Of a stretch of DNA of 64,000 nt, positions 9,412 through 19,151 are shown piece after piece (the first letter of the stretch is position 1; every line of letters starts with the position of its first letter). Location of the stretch: positions 19,784 through 83,783 of the forward strand of contig DASXQR010000088.1 in the NCBI GenBank assembly GCA_036507075.1. Reading direction: 5' to 3'. The notes beneath the pieces were generated by a model. It worked only from the letters and a program-made list of their open reading frames with translations. It ran no database searches and had not been told where the DNA came from. A program made the position numbers and the translations under genes. The DNA comes from Acidobacteriota bacterium (GTDB lineage Bacteria > Acidobacteriota > UBA6911 > JACQSX01).

Positions 9412-11052
9412 ATGAAATCGCTTCCGGCTTTATTCTTGCTTGGGGCTGTGTCTGTGGGTCAGGCTGCCGGCCAGGGAACGCAGCCGCACAACCACGCGGA
9501 TCATGCGCATGAAAAACTGGGAAAGGTGAACTTTCCGGTAAGTTGCGCCGGCGGAGTGCAGGCGCAATTCAGCCGGGCGGTGGCGCTGCTGCATTCCTTC
9601 CAGTATGAAGAAGCCGAGCAGGGTTTTCGCCAAATCGCCCAGGCTGATCCTTCCTGCGCGATGGCGTACTGGGGCATCGCCATGAGCACCTATCATCCGC
9701 TCTGGGTACCGCCGAGCAAAGAGGAACTTGCCAAAGGGGCCGCAGCCGTCGAGAAAGCACGAGCCATCGGCGCCGGAACCGAACGCGAAAAGGCGTACAT
9801 CGAAGCCATCGGCGCATTCTACCGCGATCATGACAAGCTTGATCATCGTGCGCGCGCGCTTGCCTATGAGGGGGCCATGGAGCAGCTTCAGGCGAGGTTC
9901 AAGGACGACAGCGAGGCGGCTATTTTTTACGCGCTGGCTCTGAATTCCACCGCGCTTCCCACCGACAAAACATTTGCAAATCAGAAAAAAGCCGTGGCCA
10001 TTTTGAACACGGTGTTCGCGCGGCAGCCCGAGCATCCGGGCATAGCACACTACATCATTCATAATTTTGACACGCCCCAGCTTGCCGAGCTGGCACTCCC
10101 GGCGGCGCGCGCTTACTCGAAAATTGCTCCCGACTCGGCGCATGCCCTCCATATGCCGTCGCACATCTTCACGCGCCTGGCGCTGTGGAACGATTCCATC
10201 CAGTCCAACCTTGCCTCGCGCGCAGCGGCGCGTCGCTATGCCGGCAGGGCGTTCCCAGGCCGGGTTCACTGGGAGGAATTGCATGCGATGGATTACCTGG
10301 CTTACGCCTATCTTCAGTTGGGACGCGACACGGACGCCGAGGCGGTGGCGGCCGAGGCGAAGAAGGTGGAAAAACTGAGCCTGGAAAACTTTGCGGCGGC
10401 TTATGCCTATGCGGCGATTCCGGCGCGGTTTGCTCTGGAGCGACGTGACTGGAAGGAAGCCGCGAAGCTTTCTCCGCAGCCGTCGTCATTCCCGTGGGAC
10501 AAATTTGGGTTTGCCGAAGCGATATTCCACTATGCCAACGCCCTGGGCGCCGCCCGCCTCCATGATCCGGCGCAGGCACACCGCGCCATCGAACGCATGC
10601 GCGAGCTGCATCGCAAGCTGGTGGATTCAAGGGACGGTTACTGGAGCGGGCAGACCGAAGTGCTTCTGAAGACCGCCCTTGCGTGGACCGTGCTTTCTGA
10701 GGGAAAGAATGACGAAGCGCTCAATCTGATGCAGTCTGCCGCCGACATGGAGGACTCAACCGAGAAACATCCGGTCACTCCCGGCGCCATCCAGCCCGCG
10801 CGTGAACTGCTGGGCGAAATGCTGTTGCAGCTTCAACGGCCGGCGGAGGCGCTGGCCGCTTTCGAGAAATCTCTTGCGAACAATCGAGATCGTTTCAACG
10901 GAATCTACGGCGCCGCCCGCGCGTCCAGGCTCGCCGGAAATGACGCCAAGGCAAGGCAGTACTACGCAAGGCTCTCCTCGCAGGCCCAGGCAGCCAGTCG
11001 ACCGGAAGTCAGAGAAGCCCGGGAATTCCTGAGCGGCCGGGCAGGCAGATAA
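9412..11052 (+). CDS. Secreted TPR-like helical protein (HMPSHIF family)
   Basis: SD GGAGG, signal peptide, motifs LGKVNFPVSC, CAMAYWGIAM, HYIIH and HALHMPSHIF, TPR-like C-terminus. Confidence 0.8.
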   Translation: MKSLPALFLLGAVSVGQAAGQGTQPHNHADHAHEKLGKVNFPVSCAGGVQAQFSRAVALLHSFQYEEAEQGFRQIAQADPSCAMAYWGIAMSTYHPLWVPPSKEELAKGAAAVEKARAIGAGTEREKAYIEAIGAFYRDHDKLDHRARALAYEGAMEQLQARFKDDSEAAIFYALALNSTALPTDKTFANQKKAVAILNTVFARQPEHPGIAHYIIHNFDTPQLAELALPAARAYSKIAPDSAHALHMPSHIFTRLALWNDSIQSNLASRAAARRYAGRAFPGRVHWEELHAMDYLAYAYLQLGRDTDAEAVAAEAKKVEKLSLENFAAAYAYAAIPARFALERRDWKEAAKLSPQPSSFPWDKFGFAEAIFHYANALGAARLHDPAQAHRAIERMRELHRKLVDSRDGYWSGQTEVLLKTALAWTVLSEGKNDEALNLMQSAADMEDSTEKHPVTPGAIQPARELLGEMLLQLQRPAEALAAFEKSLANNRDRFNGIYGAARASRLAGNDAKARQYYARLSSQAQAASRPEVREAREFLSGRAGR

Positions 11053-11054
11053 GC

Positions 11055-12251
11055 ATGCGACATCCTCGGATTTCAGGCACAGAGTTGATGGGGGTTGTCT
11101 TCTTCCTGGCATTTGCGTCGTCGATGCTCTGCGCTCAGGGGGTGATTTCGGTGTTTCCGCAGTTTGCGAGCGGCGGCGGGTGGACGAGCGATATCTTCAT
11201 TGACAATCAGGGGACTTTGGCAGCGATTATTGATGTGGCGTTTTACGGCGATGACGGCGCTGCGCTCACCGTGGACACCACTCTCGGCTCAGGTCCATCT
11301 TTTTCGGTCAATCTCAACGGAGGCAACACCAAGCTGGTGCGCGTTACTTCGGGCAGCGCCGTCAAGATCGGCTACGTCGTGCTCTCGTTTCCCAACGGCG
11401 CGTCCGTGCGCGCGTCGGAAGTTTTTCGCTTCGAGCAGAACGGCGTGGTGATTTCAGCGCTCGGCGTCGCCCAGCAGTTTCCTTTGACGAGCTTCTCTTT
11501 TCCGGCCGAGGTGGATCTGGCACGGGGAGTTAACACGGCCCTTGCCATTGCTAACGGCCCGTTTGAAACCGGCGGCAGCAAGGCCCAGATGTGCGTCGTC
11601 AATCTGGTCAAGAGCGATGGAAGCCTGCAGGGCACCGCGATCGTAAATTTTGGCGCGGGCGAGCACTTGTCCAAATTTCTCAACCAGGGCGGCCTGTTCC
11701 CCGGCTTGGATGGCTTTTCCGGAACTGTCAGCATCTCGGCGGCTCGCCCCTTCGGCCTGGTGGCGCTGCGTCAGGACCAGGCCGCATTCGGCTCGGTGTC
11801 GGTGGACGCCGGGCCGATGGTGGCGCCGTTTCTTCTCAACACGGCCGCGATTCCTGAGGTCGAACCGAACAACTCCCGAAGCCAGGCCCAGAGAATCAGC
11901 GGCGCGGCGGTGATCGCCGGAACCATTTCTGTTCCCGGAGATGTAGATTACTTTCAGTTTACAGGTAAACAGGGAGACGTTCTCAGCGCTCTTGTCTCGA
12001 CCGTGTCCTTGACCTCAGGCCTCGACTCGGTGCTGTTTCTTGTTAACTCCGATGGAACGGTCGTTGCTTCCAATGATGAGAACGGGTTATTCTTCAGCAA
12101 CGACTCATTTATACAGACGGTTCTTCCCGCCGACGGCACTTACTATCTCGCCGTGACGGATTTCTCCAATCGCGGCGGGCCGAACGGTACGTATCGATTG
12201 CATTTGCAGTTCCTGACGCCGGCTGTAAAACAATTCACCCCACAGCGTTAG
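11055..12251 (+). CDS. Secreted protein with C-terminal pre-peptidase (PPC)-like domain
   Basis: Signal peptide; EVEPNNSRSQAQ..GDVDYFQF..DSVLFL..ASNDE..GTYYLAV. Confidence 0.7.
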   Translation: MRHPRISGTELMGVVFFLAFASSMLCAQGVISVFPQFASGGGWTSDIFIDNQGTLAAIIDVAFYGDDGAALTVDTTLGSGPSFSVNLNGGNTKLVRVTSGSAVKIGYVVLSFPNGASVRASEVFRFEQNGVVISALGVAQQFPLTSFSFPAEVDLARGVNTALAIANGPFETGGSKAQMCVVNLVKSDGSLQGTAIVNFGAGEHLSKFLNQGGLFPGLDGFSGTVSISAARPFGLVALRQDQAAFGSVSVDAGPMVAPFLLNTAAIPEVEPNNSRSQAQRISGAAVIAGTISVPGDVDYFQFTGKQGDVLSALVSTVSLTSGLDSVLFLVNSDGTVVASNDENGLFFSNDSFIQTVLPADGTYYLAVTDFSNRGGPNGTYRLHLQFLTPAVKQFTPQR

Positions 12252-12271
12252 CCGAACCCACCCCACGGCGC

Positions 12272-12575
12272 TAGCCGAACCGCGCGCGTAAGCAAGCGGA
12301 CCCTCTCCGAATGCGGAATGCAGAATGCGGAATGCGGAATGATAGATAATGAAAGATAAAGAAAGATCCTTGATGGCAAAGACTCCTGCCGGGCAGGAAA
12401 ATCACATTCCCACATTGAGAAATCCGCTCTCGCATTCCCCATTCTACATTCCCAATTCCGCATTCCGAAAGGGTCCGCTGGCTTACCCGGATTATTCACA
12501 AACTCAGCCCAATACCGTTCGGTGAAGTTGCCCCTTTTGCTTTCACCGCCGAGGCGCCGAGCACACCGAGGTTCG
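12272..12575. repeat. Nested palindrome: REP-like CCGAACCGCGCGCGTAAGCAAGCGGACCC, GAATGCG/CGCATTC heptamer arms, a MITE-like end and a 9-mer half-site
   Basis: Direct inspection. The REP-like unit recurs at about 35216-35246 (inverted) and about 41428-41450. Confidence 0.7.
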
Positions 12576-13121
12576 CGGAGTGGAGCCGTCGTTGGCCCGC
12601 GCCGCGCGCACTTGCTGCCCGACCCGGGAACCCCATTCCTGACCGGCAGAAGTGCGCCCTCCGGGGCCCAATACCGCCAAGTCGGTTTGAAGCTGCGCAT
12701 CATATCCAGGAGACGAATCGGGAAACCCTGTGGCCAGGTCCGGAAACTCCCCGGCTAGCACAGCGTGCGCCGCGCTGGAGGCTGCCGCGTAGAGATCGCC
12801 CTGCGGGGGCGCGTCTTTGGAAGGCACGAGCGCGTGTTCGCGGCCTGTGTGTTCGCCCTGACGTGACATGATGCCGTTTACCGCGTCATAGATGGCGACA
12901 TTGACCATCGCATACAATCGCGCAGCCACTGCATCGCTTCCCTGCTTGACACGCACGGTTTTCAGCGCAAGCTCATTCCATGAGCACATCGGGTCCAGTC
13001 CGGGTGCAGGTGGGCTGGATCGGGCGGCCGGGCTCCCCATGGCCGCAGCGAGCAGGACGATGGCAAACGACAGAACTCTGGCGAGGAGCCTTCTCGAGCG
13101 AATTGTGCGAATGACGTTCAT
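12543..13121 (-). pseudogene. 3'-truncated vanadium haloperoxidase / PAP2-family protein
   Basis: N-terminal half motifs WNELAL..AARLYAMVNVAIYDAVN..AAASSAAHAVL..RANDGS. The frame then enters repeat DNA and stops; the catalytic C-terminal motifs (KxxxxxxRP, PSGH, SRxxxGxH) are absent. Confidence 0.7.
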
Positions 13122-13319
13122 GACCCCCTCCTTTTTCTCACGAGGGTTCCGGCGTCGAATCGATATGGCTGTTTCGGTTCGACACGGGCTGTTCGTGGAG
13201 AAAAGGTATATCAATGAGCAAGCTTCAAAGAGGGTTCAATTTCTATTCAAATTTTTTTCAAAAGGCTTTCAAAATCGTTACCGGAAAGATGCCATTTCCT
13301 GACGCTTCAGACACTGGCT

Positions 13320-13389
13320 GGGAGCGCACGCTTCCAGCGTGCTATCCGGCAACTGACTCGCAACAGGCACGCTGGAATCGTGCGCTCCC
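13320..13389. repeat. REP-like inverted doublet GGGAGCGCACGCTTCCAGCGTGC
   Basis: Two inverted hairpin units; a related single unit lies at about 1897-1918. Confidence 0.65.
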
Positions 13390-13454
13390 GGGATTGGAAC
13401 AAAGACGACTGGATTGACGTCTAAAGTGCTGACCCTGGCATTGGAGCGTGGATT

Positions 13455-15098
13455 ATGACGTCAAAAAAAGCACCCTTCCTTTATTTCTGCCTCGCGCGTC
13501 CCAACTGTTCTCTTCGGCTCTGTTACCTGCTGATTCTCACTGGGACTCTGCTTCCATCGACCGTTGTTCACGCACAGAGTCCCAGGGTCGTAGTGGTCAA
13601 TCCTTCAAACGGGGAGCTAAGGCGTGCCGCGCATCGGCTTCGGATTTCTCCGGAGCACCTTCTGCAGGCCCGGCAGGCGCTGGAGAGGGCAACGGATGTG
13701 TGCATCGACTGGATCCAGGAAACGCCGGAAATAACAGGCCGGATGCCGGAAATGTACAGCCTTCCACATCTCTGGACGCGATTGAACCGCCCCAAAGCCG
13801 CAAGTCAACTCGTTTCCATCCTCGAAGCGCTCCGCGCCCGCGCGGCGCGCGCAACCAGCGCGGATGTCTACAGAACATTGACAGAAGCGGCGCAGCCGCT
13901 GGTGGGTCCGCTCTGTTTCCTGGATCTTCCCAAGGCCCGTCAGATCGTTGAGCAATGGCCGCCGCGCCCGAAGGATGCCGACGCGGGATCTCCATCTGCG
14001 CCTAGCCGAGCCCGTTACAACGAACTGCACCGCGCGCTGTGGCTCAGTGTTTCCGCCTTCGACCCGGATGCTGCATGGGCATCCGTGAACTCGCTGCAAG
14101 AGGGTGTGCCCGAAGACGCTCCGGCGGCCTACATCGCGCAAAAACTGCTGGAGAGGAACCGGCGCGCCGATGCGGAAAAAGTGATCGACGAAACGCTGCG
14201 GAATTTCGGCATGCTGACAACCAAGAATGCCAATAGCTTTTCGGCGTTTCTGGCAGGAATTGGCTGGGCCTTCCCCGACCGGTTTGAGCGCGCGCTCGTT
14301 CAGGCATTGCCCCTTCTTATCCAGATAGAGGCACGCGCCCCGTCCATTGAATTGGATGTACGTGGCCAAAAGTTGCATCTAACGCCCGGAGAGAATCTTT
14401 TTATCAATACCTTGCGTTCGATCCAGAGCCGGCCGGACGCCGTGGCAAGGGTTTTATCGGCAGTTCCCGAATTGCGCTCAAAGCTTGATGCCGCAGGTGG
14501 AATCGATTATGTCCTCAATCCGGAGATAAAGTTTGAGAACAACCTGCGGCAGAATCCGTACGACTTCGGTCAAAAAATGACATCCGACCTTGTCGCCTCC
14601 GGATCGAACACTCCGGCAGGACTGCGAGCTGCTCTTCAGCGACTGCCTGACGTGCCGGACCAGTTCCTGGTCGCGCTGTCAATCGCCCAGTCACAAAATT
14701 ACAACGAACCGGAGCTTAGTCATGAGGCACTCGAAGTTGCCAGGACCCTTCTGATGAAATTAGAACCCTTGAGCACGCGCGCGGAGAAATGCGGCGTGTT
14801 GCTGGATGTGTGGCTCCGCTGCGAAGGAGAAATCGACAATGGCCTGCTTCAGGAAGCTTGGACTATTCTCAGCCAGCTCCGCAAAGCCGAGGCCGAGCCG
14901 CCTGCGCGAATTCCTGAAACCGGGCAAGCAACGGCAGAACGCCTGCGTCAGGCAGCCGACCAGTTTGAGATTACGGCCGTCGTTTACCGGAGTGCGGCTG
15001 ATTTTAGTGGAGCCTTGCAGCACGTCAACACGATCCCGGATGCAGTTCGCCGTTTTCGCGCACTGATCCGGCTGGCCGAAGTGCTTTCGTCGAACTGA
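13455..15098 (+). CDS. Hypothetical secreted alpha-helical protein
   Basis: 547-aa ORF with signal peptide ending VHA-Q; no recognised motif. Confidence 0.6.
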   Translation: MTSKKAPFLYFCLARPNCSLRLCYLLILTGTLLPSTVVHAQSPRVVVVNPSNGELRRAAHRLRISPEHLLQARQALERATDVCIDWIQETPEITGRMPEMYSLPHLWTRLNRPKAASQLVSILEALRARAARATSADVYRTLTEAAQPLVGPLCFLDLPKARQIVEQWPPRPKDADAGSPSAPSRARYNELHRALWLSVSAFDPDAAWASVNSLQEGVPEDAPAAYIAQKLLERNRRADAEKVIDETLRNFGMLTTKNANSFSAFLAGIGWAFPDRFERALVQALPLLIQIEARAPSIELDVRGQKLHLTPGENLFINTLRSIQSRPDAVARVLSAVPELRSKLDAAGGIDYVLNPEIKFENNLRQNPYDFGQKMTSDLVASGSNTPAGLRAALQRLPDVPDQFLVALSIAQSQNYNEPELSHEALEVARTLLMKLEPLSTRAEKCGVLLDVWLRCEGEIDNGLLQEAWTILSQLRKAEAEPPARIPETGQATAERLRQAADQFEITAVVYRSAADFSGALQHVNTIPDAVRRFRALIRLAEVLSSN

Positions 15099-15251
15099 GA
15101 TTCACTGCCTCGTGCGTTAGGCGCGTATTGACCGAATAATACGAGTGCCATTAGTCGCGTTTCTCCGGGCCGCTACAAGCGGCCTGAGAGTTGATGCTAA
15201 AATTCTGGTCCGGAGTGAATTTTTTCATATTTCAGCATCCGGTTTCCAGTC

Positions 15252-15926
15252 ATGAGTACCCCGTACTTCACGCCGGAACTATTTAAATTCTTGCGGGAAC
15301 TGAAGCGAAACAACAATCGCGAGTGGTTCCTGGCCAACAAGACGCGTTATGAAACGCAGGTACGTGATCCCTTCTTGCGTTTTATCTCCGATCTCGGTCC
15401 GCGGCTTGCGAGCATCAGCAATCGGTTTGTGGCGGATCCCCGGCCGAGCCGCGGTTCGCTTTTTCGCATCTATCGGGACGTTCGCTTCTCTGCCGACAAG
15501 AGCCCCTATAAAACGCATGTTGCCGCCCGCTTTCCGCACCGCGACGCAGGCAAGAAGATCCACGTGCCAGGTTTCTATCTCGGACTGGAGCCCGGAAAAA
15601 GCTTTGCCGCTGCCGGCTGCTGGCATCCGGATCCTTTGACGTTGAGAAAAATCCGCGATGGCATCATCCGCCGGCCCGATGCCTGGAAGGAGATACACCG
15701 CCGGCAAATCCCCGTTGAAGGAGACGTGCTGAGCCGTGCGCCGCGAGGATACCCGACTGAGCATCCGCTTATCAAAGATATCAGGCGCAAGGACTTCATT
15801 ACCTGCGTCGATTTCACTGACAGCCAGGTCTGCGGCACGCGCTTCCTGGAAGACTTTGTTTATGCCTGCCGAAATATGAGCCCGCTGGTAGAGTTTTTGA
15901 CGCGTGCATTGGCGCTGCGTTGGTGA
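15252..15926 (+). CDS. DUF2461 family protein
   Basis: FLRELKRNNNREWF..FRIYRDVRFSADKSPYKT signature. Confidence 0.92.
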   Translation: MSTPYFTPELFKFLRELKRNNNREWFLANKTRYETQVRDPFLRFISDLGPRLASISNRFVADPRPSRGSLFRIYRDVRFSADKSPYKTHVAARFPHRDAGKKIHVPGFYLGLEPGKSFAAAGCWHPDPLTLRKIRDGIIRRPDAWKEIHRRQIPVEGDVLSRAPRGYPTEHPLIKDIRRKDFITCVDFTDSQVCGTRFLEDFVYACRNMSPLVEFLTRALALRW

Positions 15927-15934
15927 GCGAAGCT

Positions 15935-15955
15935 CAGGGCTTCGCCCTGCCTTTT
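15935..15955 (+). terminator. Possible intrinsic terminator
   Basis: Stem CAGGGC-TTC-GCCCTG followed by CCTTTT just after the DUF2461 stop. Confidence 0.4.
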
Positions 15956-16218
15956 GGACATTTCACAGTCTGGTCCGGCTGGATTCCGGCGGTGTCAGAG
16001 CGCGAGTGTAAGTGAGGGGCCCGTCTGGCTTCCATTGCACCCTGCTTCCGGCAGAGGTAAAATTGCTCCACATCGATCAAATCAAGTCTCCTGCCGAAAC
16101 CCAGGTGAGACCGTTCAGACCGGTTTTGATCTGCGCACCGGTAGGCAGATCTAAAGGAACACAGCCAGGCAGTTGTTATAATCTGAGTTAAGAAACCACA
16201 GATGTTACAGGAGGAAGT

Positions 16219-17286
16219 ATGGACAGCATCTTGCGAAGGCTCCGCAACATGGATCATGTAAAAAACTTGCGCCGCCGGGTTTCCGGTACAGTGCTCGTGG
16301 CATTGCTGGCGGTCGGCCAACTCGTTATGGGCGGAGAGCCGGGAGACTTTCCGGCCAAGACCCCGAGCGGAAACAAGTCGGATTTCAAGCTGAAAACAGC
16401 GTTGCATTCGGTCAGCTATGCCGGATTTTGGCGCGGTCAGGCGCAGCTTTCAGTCGATGAGTTTCTCCTCAAGGCCAAAGAGCTTGGCTTTGACGGAGTC
16501 GTGCTTGTGGCCAAGCGGCCGCATTTGTCTCTGCTCGATTATGATGACGCGGGGCGCAAGAAATTGCGGGCGCGACTCAGCGAGCTGGGACTGGAGCTGG
16601 TCGCGCTGGCCGGATATACCGATTTCACGGCGGGGCTGGACAGGCCCGGCATTCCACACACTGAAATTCAGGCCGAATATGTCGGACAGTTAGCCAGGAT
16701 GGCACGCGATCTGGGGACCAACATCGTTCGCATCTTCACCGGCTACGAACGTTCTTCGGTTCCCTACGACAGGCAGTACGCCACTGTGGTGGAAGGGCTG
16801 AGACTGGCGGGAAGAGAGGCGGCAAAATACGGCGTTACGCTCGCAGTGCAGAACCACCATGACATCGGTCTGCACCACGAGGAAATGTACTGGCTGCTGA
16901 AGGAAGTGAACATGCCCAACGTCCGGGCCGGCTGGGATGCATGGTCTCCCACTCTGGAAGGCCTGGACCCTCAGGGTCTGCGCCAATCGATTCTGAAAAT
17001 GAAGCCGTACATCGTCCACACGATCGCCGCCGATTACGTCCGCGTGCCCCGGTTTCAGTACAAGCACGAACTGACTAATTACTCCGCCGGAGAAAGTTTG
17101 ATGCGGGCCGTTCCCATGGGTCAAGGGATCATTGACTACAACACATTTATCGGCACGCTCAAGGAAATCGGCTACCAAGGCTACATTACCTACGAAATGT
17201 GCGAGGTCCTGGATGGAGGCGGATCCGTCGAGAATCTGGACAAGACCGCCAGAAAGTTTCTGGATTTCGTGCAAAGGTTCAAATAG
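16219..17286 (+). CDS. Sugar phosphate isomerase/epimerase (xylose isomerase-like TIM barrel)
   Basis: AKELGFDGV, IVRIFTG, LAVQNHHD, VPMGQGIIDY..LKEIGYQGYITYEMC. Start may be 16249. Confidence 0.85.
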   Translation: MDSILRRLRNMDHVKNLRRRVSGTVLVALLAVGQLVMGGEPGDFPAKTPSGNKSDFKLKTALHSVSYAGFWRGQAQLSVDEFLLKAKELGFDGVVLVAKRPHLSLLDYDDAGRKKLRARLSELGLELVALAGYTDFTAGLDRPGIPHTEIQAEYVGQLARMARDLGTNIVRIFTGYERSSVPYDRQYATVVEGLRLAGREAAKYGVTLAVQNHHDIGLHHEEMYWLLKEVNMPNVRAGWDAWSPTLEGLDPQGLRQSILKMKPYIVHTIAADYVRVPRFQYKHELTNYSAGESLMRAVPMGQGIIDYNTFIGTLKEIGYQGYITYEMCEVLDGGGSVENLDKTARKFLDFVQRFK

Positions 17287-17445
17287 GGCAGACTCGGTAG
17301 CAAGCGGGCCCCCGGCGTCATTGGTCATCTGTCATTGGTCATCGGTCCGCGGGCGCCGGTCCATTCAGTATGAAAATTCACGAGGCTTGGTGTCTTGGTG
17401 GTAAAAAAATCTGAACCACCAAGACACCAAGTCAGGTTTCTACTA

Positions 17446-18312
17446 ATGGCGGGATTCATTCTTTTGTGCGCGTTGATGGCGCAGTCGCAGAATCCGGGGT
17501 TGCCGTTTGAGACTTCGGCGCGGGGGGAGTTTCGCAGGGATATTGAGTTTGCAAATATCGGCGGCGTCAGTCTCACGCTCGATGCCTGGATTCCGGAAGG
17601 CGCGGGTCCTTTTCTATCCGTCATCGTGGTGCATGGCGGTGGATTCGTCAACGGCAACAAACAAACGTACGTCAAGCCGCTGTTTGCCCCACTCGCCGAT
17701 GCCGGATTTGTCTGGTTTACCATCAATTACCGCCTGGCTCCGCAGTACCGTTTCCCTGCCGCCGTTGAAGACGTGCATCGCGCCATTGAATTTGTAAAGA
17801 TGCATGCCCGTGAGTTCAAGGCGGATCCGCATCGCCTGGCATTGGTGGGAGAATCGGCCGGGGGCTATCTTGTGTCCTATGCCTGCGCCGAAAACAAGCA
17901 GGATTCAAACGTCGCGGCTGTGGTCTCCTTTTACGGCCCGCACGATTTTGAGTCGCGCGCCCGAACCGAAGGAAAGCTGTCCGATTCGGCCAAGGCTTTC
18001 TTCGGCGTAACGGAACTGGATGCTTCGGCCTTTTCGGTATTGCGGAAGGTTTCCCCCATCAATCTGGTCAAGCGGGACACGCCGCCGTTCCTGCTGATCC
18101 ATGGCACTCAGGATGCCCAGGTTTCGTATCAGCAGTCCGTGCTGATGTGCGAAAAGATTCGCAAGGCCGGCGGGCAGTGCGAACTCTACACGATCCAAGG
18201 CGCCGGGCACGGAGTGGGAGGCTGGGAAGACAAGCCGTATACGGGCGCCTATAAGCGCAAGATGGTGGAATGGTTGCGGGAGACGCTGAGCGCGGCAAAG
18301 CCGAGGCATTGA
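17446..18312 (+). CDS. Secreted alpha/beta hydrolase (esterase/lipase)
   Basis: HGGGF oxyanion motif, GESAG nucleophile, PPFLLIHGTQD, GAGHG. Confidence 0.9.
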   Translation: MAGFILLCALMAQSQNPGLPFETSARGEFRRDIEFANIGGVSLTLDAWIPEGAGPFLSVIVVHGGGFVNGNKQTYVKPLFAPLADAGFVWFTINYRLAPQYRFPAAVEDVHRAIEFVKMHAREFKADPHRLALVGESAGGYLVSYACAENKQDSNVAAVVSFYGPHDFESRARTEGKLSDSAKAFFGVTELDASAFSVLRKVSPINLVKRDTPPFLLIHGTQDAQVSYQQSVLMCEKIRKAGGQCELYTIQGAGHGVGGWEDKPYTGAYKRKMVEWLRETLSAAKPRH

Positions 18313-18362
18313 GAGTCACCAATTAATCACCACAAAGGCACCAAGGACACAAAGGAGGCACC

Positions 18363-19013
18363 ATGCACAAAGAGATTCTTGTGATGCGTTTTTTGCCGGC
18401 GCTGTTGCTTTCTTTTTGCCTCGCTCTGACGACGAGTACGGTTCCTGCGGCTGAAAAAATCGCCGCCTCTGCCGATGAAGTTTGCCCCCTGCTGATCGGC
18501 GCCAAAATTCCAAAAGTGATCTTTACGCGTGTGGATGGAACTCCCTTCGATCTGTCCGCTGCGGTCTCGCAGAAACCGGCTGTCTTGATTTTCTACCGCG
18601 GCGGCTGGTGACCGTACTGCAACAGGCAGTTGGGTCAACTGCAAAGCATTGAGCCGCAGATACTGGAACTGGGATACCAAATCATCGCTGCCAGCACGGA
18701 CCGTCCCGAGAAGTTAACACCGACCGCCGATAAGAATAAGTTGAAATACCAGCTTGTTTCCGACAACACAATGGCCGGCGCCAAAGCTTTCGGGATCGCG
18801 TTTCAGGTGGACGCCAAGATGCTGCACAACGCTCCCCAGTTTAAGTCCATGCTGGAGGAATCCTCCGGCCTGCAGCACCATCTTCTTCCCGTTCCAGCCG
18901 TGTTTCTGATCGGCACAGACGGCGTCATCAGTTTTGAATACATCAATCCGGATTACAAAATCCGGCTGCATCCCGATGTCCTGCTGGCGGCGGCCAGGGC
19001 TCTGAAAAAGTAA
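18363..19013 (+). CDS. Peroxiredoxin-like (AhpC/TSA) selenoprotein with in-frame TGA read as Sec at 18609-18611
   Basis: Track ORFs 18363-18611 and 18630-19013 are in one frame and read FYRGGW-TGA-PYCNRQL, matching the RGGWCPYC family motif. A SECIS-like hairpin follows. Start may be 18384. Confidence 0.85.
18612..18648 (+). promoter_or_regulatory. Bacterial SECIS-like hairpin
   Basis: GCAGTTG-GGT-CAACTGC (18626-18642): perfect 7-bp stem with a G-containing apical loop, starting 15 nt after the TGA. Confidence 0.7.
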
Positions 19014-19151
19014 TCTCTTCGTTGCGCGACGCTGACATTAATCAGCGTAGTTCGCGGAAATCGGCGGCTGGTTCTATCCGTGTTAATCCGCGGAAATCGG
19101 CGGCCAGTTCTCGGGTCGATCACCACAAAGACACAAAGGACACAAAGAGGA

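Noticed and set aside
18363..19013. Two separate ORFs or a nonsense pseudogene
   Set aside because: The TGA falls on the catalytic Cys position and is followed by a SECIS-like hairpin; selenocysteine read-through explains it better.
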